From the NCBI GenBank assembly GCA_044892505.1, contig CM097882.1, positions 270,816,001 to 270,880,000 of the forward strand: a DNA stretch of 64,000 nt, given 5' to 3'. Source of the stretch: Schmidtea nova (Eukaryota). Made by a program: the position numbers and the translations under genes. A model generated the notes under the pieces. It saw only the letters and a program-made list of their open reading frames with translations. It was not told the origin of the DNA and did no database searches. This document shows, piece after piece, positions 51,340-64,000 of this stretch. Position 1 is the first letter of the stretch. Each line of letters begins with the position of its first letter.

Positions 51340-52270
51340 CCACATTCTTATGTACAGACTCATTTTCATTCCACATCTCACAACATAAATCAATTGTTTC
51401 CACCAATGGAACATTAGATTTACTCATTCAACACAAGTCGAAACATTATGAGACTGAAATATATAGAAAGTCGACTGATACTGACCTGTATATTATGCCT
51501 AAGAGTTTTTGTGAATTTAAATATAAGAGGAATATGGTGAGAGGATTGGTGTTTTGTGTTTATTTATTTTATTTATTTATTTTACGTTTATTTATTCAGT
51601 AAAAAGTATTGATGCTTTGGTTTAATTGTTACCTAAAACTTGTTAATCTAAAACTTTTCTTGAGAAAATGACAAAAGTGACTGTTGATAAGTTAATGTTG
51701 AATTCTAATAATTTTTGTATATGGGTGCCTGGATCTGAGGTATCTATTAATTCTGATAAAAGTACTTTGATAATTTCGGAAAGTGACAAAAATCGATCTA
51801 ATCGCACTAAGCCGAAATATGTGCTAGTATTGTCTTATTCTGAGGGTTTCACAGAGTTAAAGCATAAGGTGCACAAACATGTAGACAAGGATCAATTTAG
51901 GATTGTTTCCACGTCTTGCAAAGTTTGTAATATGTTCACTAATAAATGTCCAACACCACTTGGTTTGTATTCTGAGCTCGTGTATCAACTTTCATGTAAT
52001 GGGTGTAATGCCACATAAATTGGAGAGACTGCCCGTCATTTCTACATCCGAGTTCTTGAGCATTGCCGACCAACTGAACTGACTAATATTAGTGATCATT
52101 TTAGGAAATGTAGCAGTAATAATATAGGTATCTCTGATTTTAAAATTATTTCAAAAGGTTTAAGTAATTATTGGGAACGAGTAACTTGTGAGGCATTGTT
52201 GATTAGATATTTTAATCCAGAAATTAACGATCAAGTTGCCCATTCCACAGATATTTTGAATGTGTTTAAG
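51340..52270 (+). mobile_element. Penelope-like element: RT thumb plus GIY-YIG endonuclease (decayed)
   Basis: LDLLI..YETEIYRKSTDTDLY..KRNMVRGL. LVYQLSCNGCNAT*IGETARH..RVLEH..SDHF..C..E.LLIRYFNPEINDQ. Confidence 0.92.
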
Positions 52271-52491
52271 AAACTGGATGTTGTATGTTGTGAATTGTGT
52301 TTGTGGTACAATTATGTTTGTTTTTGTGAATATTTTCATTTTTTAAAAAAATTTTAAATTATATGTGGAATTTTATATAAAAAATTTTACGTTTGTTTAT
52401 TAATTAATTTTTTAAAATTTTATTTTAAAAATAAAAATAGAAATAAAAATGTTGATACAGTTTGAGAATTATTATTATTATTATTGATTAA

Positions 52492-55243
52492 CACATTTTA
52501 TCCCAGTGGTGCACCAACGCAACGCATATTTTAGAATTTTTTTTGTTAAGTTCAGTTATGATTTTTAATATCCGTTTACAGATATGATTATTATTGGTAT
52601 TAGACAACTCAATATACCCAAAACTGTAGATTTTCACTTTCAATCAAAAACCCTGTGGCGGCTCAAAATTCAATACACACGCTGTGTAATTTTATGTCAT
52701 AAGTTTTAGCGAAAATGCAACAATAATTTATTTTATTTTTAAACTGTCTTATCATTTTTATTACGTCCATGATATGCAGTTTACATTTTAGAAAAAACGC
52801 ATTTTATTTAACGTTGGTGTTATCTCTTATTTTACTTAAATATTTGGTGATGCGTAAGCGCACCACTGGCTTTATAACTATAACCAATTAGTGCAGGTTT
52901 CGACAAGTTATAGAATGAAATTCGCAGATGCAGTATTTATTTGTGTCTTGTGTTGCGCGGTTGTCGTTTGATTAGAGTTAGTGAAACATGGCATTTTCGA
53001 GGTATTTAACTCATAAAGAATAATTCCTTAGGAATTAGAACCTGCCCTGGAGGAGATTAAGACGGAATTGGAGTATAACAATGAAAGTCGTAAGTACCTG
53101 TATTTACATATTTTTACATGTAAAAAATATTGAACTATTTAGTTTAACTCGAAATTATTGTGTCAATAACGTAACATATTTAGTTACAGAACATGTCGAC
53201 GCCGTTTATATTCCACCCGACGTGGATTCTCTGACCGACGAAGAAACTATGAATGACGAAAGCAATATACGAGAAGTTCAGGAACCACATGATATAGTCG
53301 GAACTTTCGAGTTGCATGTGCCGAATGATACACAGTGTCTCGACTACTCCAGCACTTTGCCTACTGCCGCACCTGCATCTGATTTTGATTCATCAGATGA
53401 TGAAACACTGGAATCCAAAAGAAGACGCCTGTTGCCTGCAAACCTCCACCTAGCTTTCTGAATGGAAAAAGGGTCAGATTGAATATACTCACACACCTAC
53501 ATCAGAAGAGTTTCGATCATGTGAAGAACTAAAAAATAATCTTTCGGGAAAATCGCTTCTTGAACTATTTTTCGCGTTTTTCGATGACGAAGTGTTTGAC
53601 TTAATTTTAAATTTTTTACTAAAATATGCTCAAGACAATAACCGCCATAAATTTTCATTTTCAAAAAACGAACTTATAATTTTATAGGAATTTTACTGTT
53701 TTCCGGTTTTTATTCATTACCACATATTCAACATTACTGGTCTACTGATGAAGACAAAGGAATCGATATTATCAAGAAATGTATGAGACGAAATAGATTT
53801 CAATCTATAAAACAGAACTTAAATTTATCTGACATTAATCTGTTAGATAAAAATGATAAATATGCAAAACTTAGACCCTTTTTCGATGTTATAAATAACA
53901 AAAGATTACAATTTGGAATATTTGCATTCAACTTATCCATAGATGAACAAATGGTTCCCTACTTTGGACGACACTCGTTTAAAATGTTCATAAAGGGTAA
54001 GCCAGTCCGTTTTTGTTTCAAGGTTTGGTGCCTTTGTTCATATGATGGGTATCTTTTTTATTCACTTCCATATGGTGGTTCAGGAAATGTCATTCATTCT
54101 GCCCTCGGTCTTGGTGGTGACGTGGTTATGAGTCTACTTTCTGTGATAGATAAACCGGTAAATCACCAAATTTTTTTCGATAATTTCTTTTCATCATTTA
54201 AACTTTTTGCACATTTAAAAAATAAAGGTTTTTTTGCCACCGGTACTTTCCGAGAAAATAGAACAAATAAGTGTTAATAGAAAACAGTAAATCATTTGGT
54301 AAAAAGGATCGTGGTTCCTATATTTCAACATATGAATCTTACTTAAAAGTTTCTATTTTACGATGGAATGATAATTCGGTTGTAACAGTAGCAAGTAACA
54401 TTTATAGAATAGATCCTATTCATAAGGTAAAACGCTATAATAGAAAAGAACGACGAGATGTATATCTACCCCAACCTAATGTCATTTTTCAGTACAATAA
54501 ATATATGGGTGGGGTAGACTTACATGACAACGGAATTGCAAATTATAGGTGCCAAGTATTTGGGAAAAATGGTGGTGGCCTTTATTTTGTAATAAATTAG
54601 ATAGCTTAGTAGTAAATGCATGGAAAATTTATAATATTGTTAACGAAAATAAAATATCGCAGATATATTTTAAATCTTACATAGCGTTGCGACTTTTAAA
54701 AACTGATAAAACAATAACCATAAAAAACCTTGCTCCAGCCATAGATGAACTCCGTTATGATAATAAAGGCCACCTTATGATTTGTCATGCTAATAAAGCT
54801 CGATGAAGGTGTAGAATTTGCCATAGTCACACAATTTACATTTGCAGAAAGTGTAACGTACATTTACATACGCCATGCTTCGTACAATATCATCAAAAAT
54901 AATTCGGGATTTTCCCAGTGGTTTGCTCGTGCACTAACAATTATTGCACTGTTTTGTATCAGATAAGGTCTTAGGTAAAAAATATTTTAATTTTAATTTT
55001 TTATCTAAGGTAAACGCTTTTGTATTACATGTTAGTTGAAATTATTAATTATTTGTTAAATGTTCGAAAATAATATTTCATGTTTCTGCCCAGTGGTTCG
55101 TTTACGCACCAGTGGTTTTTGGCGTACATTTCAAACTTTTATTTGTTTTTACTAGTTATATATATTCTTAAAGGTTCCAAAATAAATATTTTCTAACTGT
55201 AGTGTTCGTTTTACTGACATTTCTACCTTTGGGATAATATGGG
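52492..55243 (+). mobile_element. Full-length piggyBac (PGBD-like), nested in the Penelope 3' region
   Basis: TTAA at 52488-91 and 55244-47. TIRs CACATTTTATCCCA and TGGGATAATATGGG, 12/14 match. Confidence 0.92.
52988..54902 (+). pseudogene. piggyBac transposase with probable 5' intron, several frameshifts
   Basis: VDAVYIPPDVDSLTDEE, SIDEQMVPYFGRH, FFDNFFSS, GGVDLHDN, and a Cys-rich tail ICHSHTIYICRKCNVHLH..C. GTAAGT donor at 53090 with AG at 53183 or 53189. Confidence 0.9.
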
Positions 55244-55300
55244 TTAATTTGTTTAGATATTGCTTATTTTCTACTTATTGTTATTGATTATCCTGATTCC

Positions 55301-55339
55301 TGCCTGAAGAAGATTGTTATACAATCGAAATATATCGCG
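55301..55339 (+). ncRNA. Minimal hammerhead ribozyme in the Penelope 3' pseudo-LTR
   Basis: CTGAAGA (55304-10), A, GATTG-TTATA-CAATC, GAAA, TATATC. Perfect 5-bp stem II, palindromic ATATAT stem III, AUC cleavage triplet, but only a 3-bp stem I. Confidence 0.75.
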
Positions 55340-55404
55340 TTTATGTTGAGTTTACTTAGTTGGCGTTTTTCTACTATTAAATCGTTGCCACGTTTTTTTG
55401 ATTA

Positions 55405-55950
55405 TTTAAATTAAACTAAATTAGAAAAAACTTTAATTCAAAAGTAAAATTTTGGATTAAAAATAAATTATTTAAAGTTTTATTAAAATTTTATGCAAAA
55501 ATAATATTTCAATTTTGCTTAACATTATTAAAATTAATTTTAAAAGTCGAAAATTCTTTCTAGAACAATTTGTTTAAATACATCAATGGAAACAACAAAC
55601 AGAACATCCTATAAATACTGCCATCAAAATGAAAAGGATCAGAATTTACTTGAAAAATTTTGACAAATTTCTGCGAAAGTGAAATCTTTGAAGAACTTTT
55701 ACACTGCCAAGTGAGTAAAACTGATAAAGGCGAACCTTTCGAAAATTTCCAGAAACAATCAATCAGTTTCCGACTTAGACAATCCAGAAGTTTTGCGGAA
55801 ATCCAAGATATGCACTCGTGATTTCAGACGGACACGATCCATTCGACTTCCAACCTCGTTTGAACCAAGCAGACGAGTAATTATCTTGAATTTTCTATTG
55901 TGTAGGCTAGCGAATCATGTCTTCGTTACCCTGTTGTAGGTACTTTATTT
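55405..55950 (+). repeat. Homolog of the 31.7-32.4 kb segment, directly after the Penelope pseudo-LTR
   Basis: Shared ~220-bp leader. Broken frame METTNRTSYKYCHQNEKDQNLL parallels TKTAGNSRYKYRPQNHNQQNFL. Confidence 0.7.
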
Positions 55951-56550
55951 GAGTTTTCAATTTTTATTTGAATGTTAGTCATGTGTTATTATATAATTTA
56001 ATATGTTATGGAAATTATAATTTTTCTATTTTATTTTCGTCACATTTTCTCATAAATTAATATCATCCTATTATCATTTATGTATTTATATACATATCAA
56101 TATTATTTCTCATTATAACCACTTCTATACTTTCTGAAGTCAGTCCGGCCATGAGTTTTATATAATGAAATAAAAAGAATAAAATAAAATAAATGAAAAA
56201 AGCTAAATGTTTTTCTGATTTAATAAAATAATAAGCTCATTAATACGCTGATTTTTTTAAAGTTTATACATCCATAAAAACTAAGCAATATAATTACTTC
56301 TCTGCTCAATAGAAGCCCAATAGCTACTCCCTGATTAACTATTATGATAAATTACTAAACTACTTTTCGCTATATTCTTTCTTTCGGGTTCCTGTTGCCG
56401 ATAGAATGACTTATGCATCTATTTACTTTAAGGTTCTGTCACATGAGTCGAATCTTAACTTTCTATCGCCTTACTCTATCCAGCACCTATGCTTGTTTAA
56501 TATGAATAATCCCACTTCAATTTCTCGGGTATATTTACCTTTTCCCTCAA

Positions 56551-56713
56551 ATCTCTATTTTATTATAAAAGCCCAATTTTATTATAAAAGCTCAATTTTA
56601 TTTAAAAAGCTCAATTTTATTTAAAAAGCTCAATTTTATTTAAAAATCTCTATCTTATTTAAAAATCTCTATTTTATTTAAAAAAGCTCTATTTTATTTA
56701 AAAAGCTCAATTT
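56551..56713. repeat. ~19-bp minisatellite, about 8-9 units
   Basis: Variants of AAAAGCTCAATTTTATTTA in tandem. Confidence 0.85.
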
Positions 56714-57069
56714 CACTCATATATCATAAAACATCAACAGATGGTTCAATAAATTCCATCTGTCCAAATTTCAATAGACCTAGATCGGTGAATTACGGTG
56801 TACCGGGTCGTGCGACCAAGTGTGTTTTCTTCTGATTTTTTAAATATATTTTACTTTATCTCCTTAACTCTTATCACCAGTTGGCTAGTAGTGGGTCTGC
56901 GGGGTTCCAGATGCGTAAAATTTAGCATTTAAAGTAGTAAGTAGTTCTATAAAATTATAACCCTCTAAAAATCAAATTATTGGAAGTCATTTATCCAGGT
57001 AACTTATTCAGTTTTTTGTTTTAGGGTCTTACTGATAGGACCATTAAGCATTTAATTTTTTTTGGATTT

Positions 57070-60000
57070 TGTGTTTTAAAAAAATGTTTAAAAATACTCT
57101 AAAGATTTTTATAGAATTCTTTTAATAAAAAAGTGTTTTGCAAAGAAAACATCTGGTTTAAAATAAAAATAATTATCAAGTAAAGATTTTAATAATTAAA
57201 ATATTTAAAATCAAATTTAAAATTTACAATAAAAAATTTTATTAAAGTTTTTATTAAATATATAGGTTTATTAAAATATAGTTGAAATTAATAAAAATCG
57301 TATGTTGAATATATGTATGAATGTTTGAAATTCTGTCAAGAAAAATTACATATTTATTTGAATCTTCTAACGTTGTTTAAATAATTGTGGTAAAAATACA
57401 GTTTTTAAATTTTTTAAATTTTATTATTAATTTAATTATCGATGCAATTAACACCCGAAGTTCGGTAAAAGTTGATACTAACATGGTGACCACGCTTTTG
57501 GCAAATTTTGTCGAACAACCGAAACATTTCGAAATGGGCCAAGATATCCACAAGTTCAAAGCAGATATAGAACGTTTCTTCTAGATATTACATATCGAAG
57601 GCAGATTAAGAAATAACTTTGTGAGAGCATTCTTATCCAGAAGACCACCGAACTTTACGATGAGATAACATCAGAAAACTTATTAATGCGTTTTCGAAAC
57701 CATCAACGTTAATCGAAGATCTGAAAGAAGCTCTGAATTATACGAAAGGAGAAGATAGAGTTAAAGATTATTGGAGGAAACTGGGAAAATTACCAGATGG
57801 TATCCTCAAACATAAGATGGATAAAGATACGTTAATGAAGTTTCAATTGTTCCACACATTGTATGATAAGGAGATGAAATACGATCTCAAAATCTAAGAT
57901 ATAAAGCCTATCGGAGAAATAAAAGCGAGAATGGAGAAATTAGAAAAGATTAAATACGAGTTAAACGAAACCTACAGACCAATTGCAGTGATTTTAAGGA
58001 GAATATTTGCTGATACAGTTAAAATTCAGAATACGGAGAACAATATGCTTGGTGCAAAAAGTAAATTTTCAAATCAAAACACTCTTAGACGTGAAGGTAA
58101 ACGCTGGGAGGGTAATAAACAAAGCTTTTACTCAAGGACAAATTGTTTACGTCAAGGAAATCGGGTACAAGATAATCCATATAAAGGATATAACTACAAT
58201 GGATATAGCAACGACCAGAAAAGAAAAAATATAAAGATGAGGAAGATAGCCAACGGAGAACAAACCAGTGCTTGGCATGCATAGAATGAGGCCAAAATGT
58301 CCAAATGTCCAATGTACACTGCCATAAACAAGGACATTTCAAACATCAATGTTTTGCAATGAATAACTACAGATCCAGAGGACAGGTTGCCGGTATGGAA
58401 GAAAACTATATGGATGACAACTACGAGGACCAGATACTGAGCCCAAATGCCAAAGTTTTGTGATGGAGGAGTGTACAAAAGCACAGGACTAAAAGTATGT
58501 AATATTCTTGACAGAAACTGTATGTATGCGAATGATTGTGATTGTATGTTTGATTTTTGTGATTTTAATAGTAAATATTTGAATAATACAACTAGTACTT
58601 TTTTTAATATAAATAATATTTGTGAATTAAATAGAAATAGTATATCTGAATATAACTCTCAAAATAGCAAATGTATAAGTTTACTAAATGAAATTAACAG
58701 CCACTATTATGCAAGTGGAAGTAGTAGTGAAGAAAGATTACTAACAATTGATTCAAGCATGTGTTCGATGAATGACAAGGATTCAATTATCAGATATGAT
58801 GCTATGGGAGGCAGACCGAGCGTTAATGTTACTATGAATGGTATATGTTTAAGATGTTTCCTTGACACAGGAGCAAATATCAGCGTCATAGATCGCCATA
58901 TGATTGAGAAATGTTATGTGAATAATGTCAAAAAGAGTAATATGAAAGTAAAATGTGCAAATCACAGTCGCCTTAATATTGTTGGAACTATTGTGATAAA
59001 AATTAAAATTCAGGGAATAAAAGAAGGTAAATATATACAATTTTATATAGCAGATGAAATTAGACCTCAACTGATTGGTGGAATGAACTTCCTGGATGAA
59101 TTTGGAATCATGTTGAATATCTATGATTGTATAAATGATAGTCTGATTCGTACGACAAAGTTATTGAAATTGTCGGTAAATTTCATATAAGAAGGAATTA
59201 CTGAAAGGAAAGTTGAAGATATGGTAATTAATAAACTAATAAACAAATAAGACAATGTTTTTATTAAACATAAGTGGGATGTGGGGAAAATTGACTTAAT
59301 GAAAAACGAAATAATTACTGCGAGCAAATCTATAGCACTCAACTCAAGAAGACAACTGGCTCATCTACTGGATAAAATCAATGAACAAATAAAACAAATG
59401 GAAAGGCTTGGTATTATCAAGGAATGTGAATCATCATGGAATGCACCATTAGTATGTGTGAAGAAAAAAAGGAAAGATGATATTAGAACATGTTTAGACT
59501 TTAGAGCACTAAATAACGTAGCAGAACGACCGGTGTTCCCAATGCCAAACACGAATGAATTATTAGATGTTTTGAATGAATCAAAGTATTTTTCAACAAT
59601 CGATCTCGGAAATGCATATTATCAAGTTGAACTAGAAGAAGAGTCTAAAGTTAAAATGGCATTTTCAACTAAAAATAAGCAGTATTGTTTTAATAGAATG
59701 CATTATGAGCATTATAGATCGATAGAAAAAGTATTTCTGAAGATTTAAAAAGTGGGATTTAAAGTCAGCCCGGAAAAGTGCTTTTCTAAAAGAAAAGAAA
59801 TTAAATTTGTGGGGAATATAATAAATAAAGAAGGTATTCAGACGGATCCTAATAAAATTAAGGCAATAAAATAATTTAATAGACTGAAATGCTAAAAGAA
59901 TTAAGAACTTTCTTTGGACTAGCCAATTATTACAGGAAATTCATTCAAGATTATACCAAACATGCAAAAGTCTTGGAAGGTCTTTGTGGAAGCAATCAAA

Positions 60001-62019
60001 ATAAACTAATATGGACAGAAGATTGTGAAGAAAGTTTTAAAAATTTAAAAGATAAGATGAGTACAACGGCTGTACTGGCATACCCCGTCTTCCAAAAGAC
60101 AAATATATTGGATACAGAAGCAAGTTTTGATAGAATTGGAGTTGTCCTCTTCCAAAAGCAAGAAAATGGTAAAGAAAAAGTAATAATGTATGGTTCACAT
60201 GCAATGAGTAAACATGAAATTGGATATTGTATAACGAGGAAATAATTGCTTGCTATTTATTAATTTACGAATCATTTTAAACATTATTTATATGGTAAAC
60301 GATTTACATTAAGAACAGATCACAAAGCAATAACGTTCATGATGAAAACCAAGAAACCAATAACCCCACAATTCCAAACGTGGATAAATTTTTTAATCAG
60401 TCTGGATATCGATTTACTGTACAGAAAGGGAGATATTCACACAAATGCGGATGCCATGTCAAGAAGTGAATGTACCACATGTATAAAATGCCGAATGATA
60501 CATGCTGATCCGAAAATAGGGAAACTTAAGACGAGAATACTTTCAATGATGGTCGATGACAGTGAAAATGTATGGCAAAACCAGTCAATCGAGATAACAG
60601 ATATACTAAATGGTAAAATAAGTAAAATCGGGAATTTCAAATTTTGCACGAAAAATGGAATTGTGAAAACTGATAATGATAAAAAATGGATACCAGAAAA
60701 CAAAAGAGAAGAATTTATTTTAAATAATCACTAAAGATTATGTCATGCCGGATATAATAAAGTAATGAAATACATAGAAAACAACTTTGCAATGAAAGAT
60801 ATGTCGAATATAATAAGAGAGGTAATTCAAAGTTGTGAAAATTGTCAAAGGAGAAAAATTGTTACTGAGAGAACTACGGAAGATATAAAAACCCCAGAGA
60901 AAGTTGAATTATTTGAGTCAATATTTATAAACTATTGTGGACCTTTCGGGAATAATATATGCAACAAGAAATATATATTAGCAATAATTGATCAATATAG
61001 CAAATATGTTTCATTACATGCCACTAATTCTCAAGATGAAAAAACAACATAATCAATATTAAATCAATGGATATTAAAGTATGGAGCACCTAAAATAATC
61101 AATACAGGCAGAGGCAAATCTTTTGAAAGTTCAATGATAAAAGAATTGTGTCAAAGATATAAATCAAGGATGAATCTTTCAAGTCCATATCATCATGCTG
61201 CAAATGGAGAGATCGAACGTCGGTTCAGGACGATACGTGATGCACTTCACATAACTTTAAAAGATAAATTACATAAAAGTTGGGTAGACGTTCTCCCAGA
61301 GGTGGAATTCATGTTAAATTCGACGTATCAGAAAATGATTAGTAAAACACCGGCTGAAATGGTTTTCGGTAAAAAGATAGTGTTAGAACGGAGTGATGTG
61401 GATTCAACAAAAAGATTAAAATTGAACCATACAAATATCAGAAGGTTTAATATAGGAGATATAGTACTAATAAAAAGGATATTCGAAATAAAGATGACGA
61501 TAGATACGAATGTCCGGGTGAAATTATTAATCAATGACACGATAGAAGTTTTGAAGTAAAAATGGAAAATGGGAAAAACGTAATACGAAACATCACATGG
61601 CTAAAGATTTTTAAAAATATGGGAATGTGAGATGTTTAAAAATAAAGATTTTTATAAAATTATTTTAATAAAAAAAGTATTTTGCAAAGAAAACATCTCG
61701 TTTAAAATAAAAATAATTATCAAGTAAAGATTTTAATAATTAAAATATTTAAAATCAAATTTAAAATTTACAATAAAAATTTTATTAAAGTTTTTATTAA
61801 ATATATAGGTTTATTAAAATATATTTGAAATTAATTAAAAATCGTATGTTGAATATATGTATGAATGTTTAAAAATTCTGTCAAGAAAAATTACATATTT
61901 ATTTGAATCTCCTAACGCTATTTAAATAATTGTGGTAAAAATACAGTTTTGAAATTTTATTATTAATTTAATGATCGATGTAATTAACACCCGAAGTTCG
62001 GGAAAAGATGATACTAACA
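57070..62019 (+). mobile_element. Full-length decayed Ty3/gypsy LTR retrotransposon
   Basis: 5' LTR ~57070-57483 and 3' LTR 61626-62019 are co-linear (TGTG...CTAACA). PBS TGGTGACCACG at 57484. Purine tract before the 3' LTR. No TSD found. Confidence 0.93.
57483..61610 (+). pseudogene. gag-pol (CCHC knuckles, protease, RT with internal deletion, RNase H, integrase)
   Basis: FLDTGANISVI; WNAPLVCVKKK, LDFRALN, STIDLGNAYYQV; the YxDD region is missing after CFNRM; DTEASFDRIG; HH-CC then ANGEIERRFRTIRD. Confidence 0.9.
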
Positions 62020-63094
62020 TCTGGATTGTTGATTGTTGATTGTTACACGGAACATAAAGATCATACGTTGATCTATTGTGTGATATGAATTTATAATCGA
62101 TTTAATTTTGTGAGGTTTTAGAATAGAAACGGAATTGGAAGAACTAAATAAAAGGATGAGCTGTTTCGAAATCTGGACCGAGGAGCTTACGAAAGAAAAT
62201 TAAATCATGGCAAAAGATGTCGCCAGTACGAAGTGACCAGGTTTGAGTCGGGCACAATGAAAAGCCCATGAAAAACTTTCCGAATATAAAAAAATATTGG
62301 AAGAATAAGCAGTTTGAAGAAGAGCTCTAAAAATCGTGCTTCGTGAAAAGGACGTGTAGTTGAGTCGATTTCCAGTGGAGTAGGAGTTCACTACAGTCAT
62401 CTCATCCGCAATTTATTCTCTATTGTTGAGCATTTCAATTTACCGGACATACGGTACTAGTCCAGCTAAGTAGAAAGGGCCAGGAATAAGAGAATAAAAT
62501 AAGCTCGAATACTGGGGCAGACTAAAGCGTCTTTACGTCCTCCTCAGGTTGATCTAGATGGTGATTAAACACGAATGATCAAGATCTGTTCAACTTTTAC
62601 TTTTTAAGTTTTGATTGTTTTGAAATTGAATATCTTTTGAATTGTTTAAATTGAATGTTTAGTTTTGTGCTATTATTATTTTCTTTTGAAAATTTAAATT
62701 TTTCATTAAATTCTCAACAGTGTTATTGGTTAGGATCTCTTAACAAAAAAATTGAATATTAATGTTATAAACCTTAAATTTACAAAATATTCAAGTTCGA
62801 AAACACAACATTACTGTATCACTTAGTGGGAATTTAACAGAAATCTCGAGAATGTAAATGATAGTTTAAAAAGACAGGGATCGAACATCGAAAAGAGCAC
62901 ATGTATTCTATTGATACCTCGAATCCGTAGAAATTACTCGATCAATAATAGTTCTGATAACAGCGCACACTTTTTGCGAGTATTTCGCCCAATAGCTACA
63001 TTACCAACGTTGCTTGCGACGAGAAACTACTGGTTAGACAATAGTTATTTTGTTACCATAGAATTAGATCCTGCTATGTTACCAACATTCTTAT

Positions 63095-64000
63095 TGTGAT
63101 GAAATTATAATGGGATATTTGATTTCCTAACCCTTATTCTATATTGTGTAATGCCAGCCTGCATGTTTGATTGATTATGTTTGATTGACTGGGTCCTCAG
63201 ATGATATCACTGTTTATTATTTCCCGAAAAGCTATTGCTGATTGTGCTAAATAGTACTACAATTTATTAAATAAAGTTTTAAGAATCTCTCAAGTTATTC
63301 TTATTCTTTACATGGCAACCCCGATTTCAACTCACAAATTATTACGGATTCTCTCACAGCCGAAAATCTATTCAATTGGAGACTATTTGGAGGAGTTTAT
63401 TGAGAAGATTGAAGCATATTCTTTTAATTATTCAGCTAGACAATAGTCAAAGGAAGTTAATTGTTCTAGCTTATTTGGACGAAAATTGCCGCAACAAATA
63501 CGACAAAATTCCAGATGAAGAAGATTATGCGCAAAGGCTTAGATTAGCATTCAAACAAAACCAGGATTTTGCTAAAGATTTGGAGAACTTCCTAAACTAT
63601 CGAAAAAGAGAAGATAATGCAGAAACTTACATTAGTAAAATTAAGAAAGGTGCTCAGAAAATTTTGACGCACAAACTAACAATATCAAATTTGACAACAT
63701 TCATCCTCAATCAAAAAGTAGATTATTATTTTTATTTAACTAATAATTGTAATACTGAACAAATTGAGAACGACTGTATACTTGTGAGTGATTGTGATAA
63801 AAATGATTGTTTTTTAAATATATTTAATAAAAAAATTAAAATTACCGAGTGTAATGCTATTAAAGATACATATGAGATAGCATATTGTAATATAGATGAT
63901 AGACCATTTAATAATGTTAAATTAAATAATGTGACTTTTAATTCATTATTTGACACGAGCAAAAATTAGTGTTTTATCTAAAATATGCTGAAAAATTGAA
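63095..64000 (+). mobile_element. 5' end of another gypsy element (LTR, PBS, gag, start of protease)
   Basis: TGTGATG...CTTTACA (63095-63312), then TGGCAACCCCG. Gag MATPISTHKLLRILSQPKIYSIGDYLEEFIEK. NSLFDTS at the window edge. Confidence 0.75.

Noticed and set aside
57060-62030. TSD for the full-length gypsy
   Set aside because: The flanks (ATTT on the left, TCTG on the right) do not match, and the exact 5' LTR start is uncertain.
1-64000. Microsporidian or prokaryotic origin; tRNA or rRNA genes
   Set aside because: GBF1, NAE1 and PSMA6 motifs are metazoan-like and the SL is flatworm-type. No tRNA cloverleaf or rRNA signature was recognised; the PBS motifs are only ~11-nt tRNA complements.

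Overview
AT-rich eukaryotic genomic DNA with six assembly gaps. It is a dense transposon graveyard, and I cannot support any intact host gene in it. A 41-nt match to the planarian spliced leader (31038-31078, minus strand) points to a triclad flatworm host (Schmidtea/Dugesia-like). Mobile elements: a near-intact hAT with 8-bp TSD (904-4151), a full mariner with perfect TIRs (13692-14979), a full piggyBac nested in a Penelope-like element (52492-55243), a full-length decayed Ty3/gypsy LTR element (57070-62019), four more gypsy fragments, Buster, Tigger, Merlin and hATm remnants, and several MITEs. Three observations stand out. (1) At about 28.4-32.4 kb there is a co-oriented chain of intronless RNA-derived pieces: internal NAE1, spliced leader plus 5' GBF1, and 5' PSMA6, with fold-back and duplication scars at the SL junction. 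(2) At 38.5-39.7 kb an endogenous phenuivirus-like nucleocapsid gene sits just upstream of a 5'-truncated Penelope RT fragment. (3) A (TA)n-associated ~150-nt repeat family carries a minimal hammerhead-like motif with a U3-A8 core and repeatedly occurs as fold-back hairpins. Together these suggest a Penelope-type RT that template-jumps onto cellular and viral RNAs, but that link is inference and is not demonstrated. All protein assignments come from motif recognition by eye; no database searches were run.
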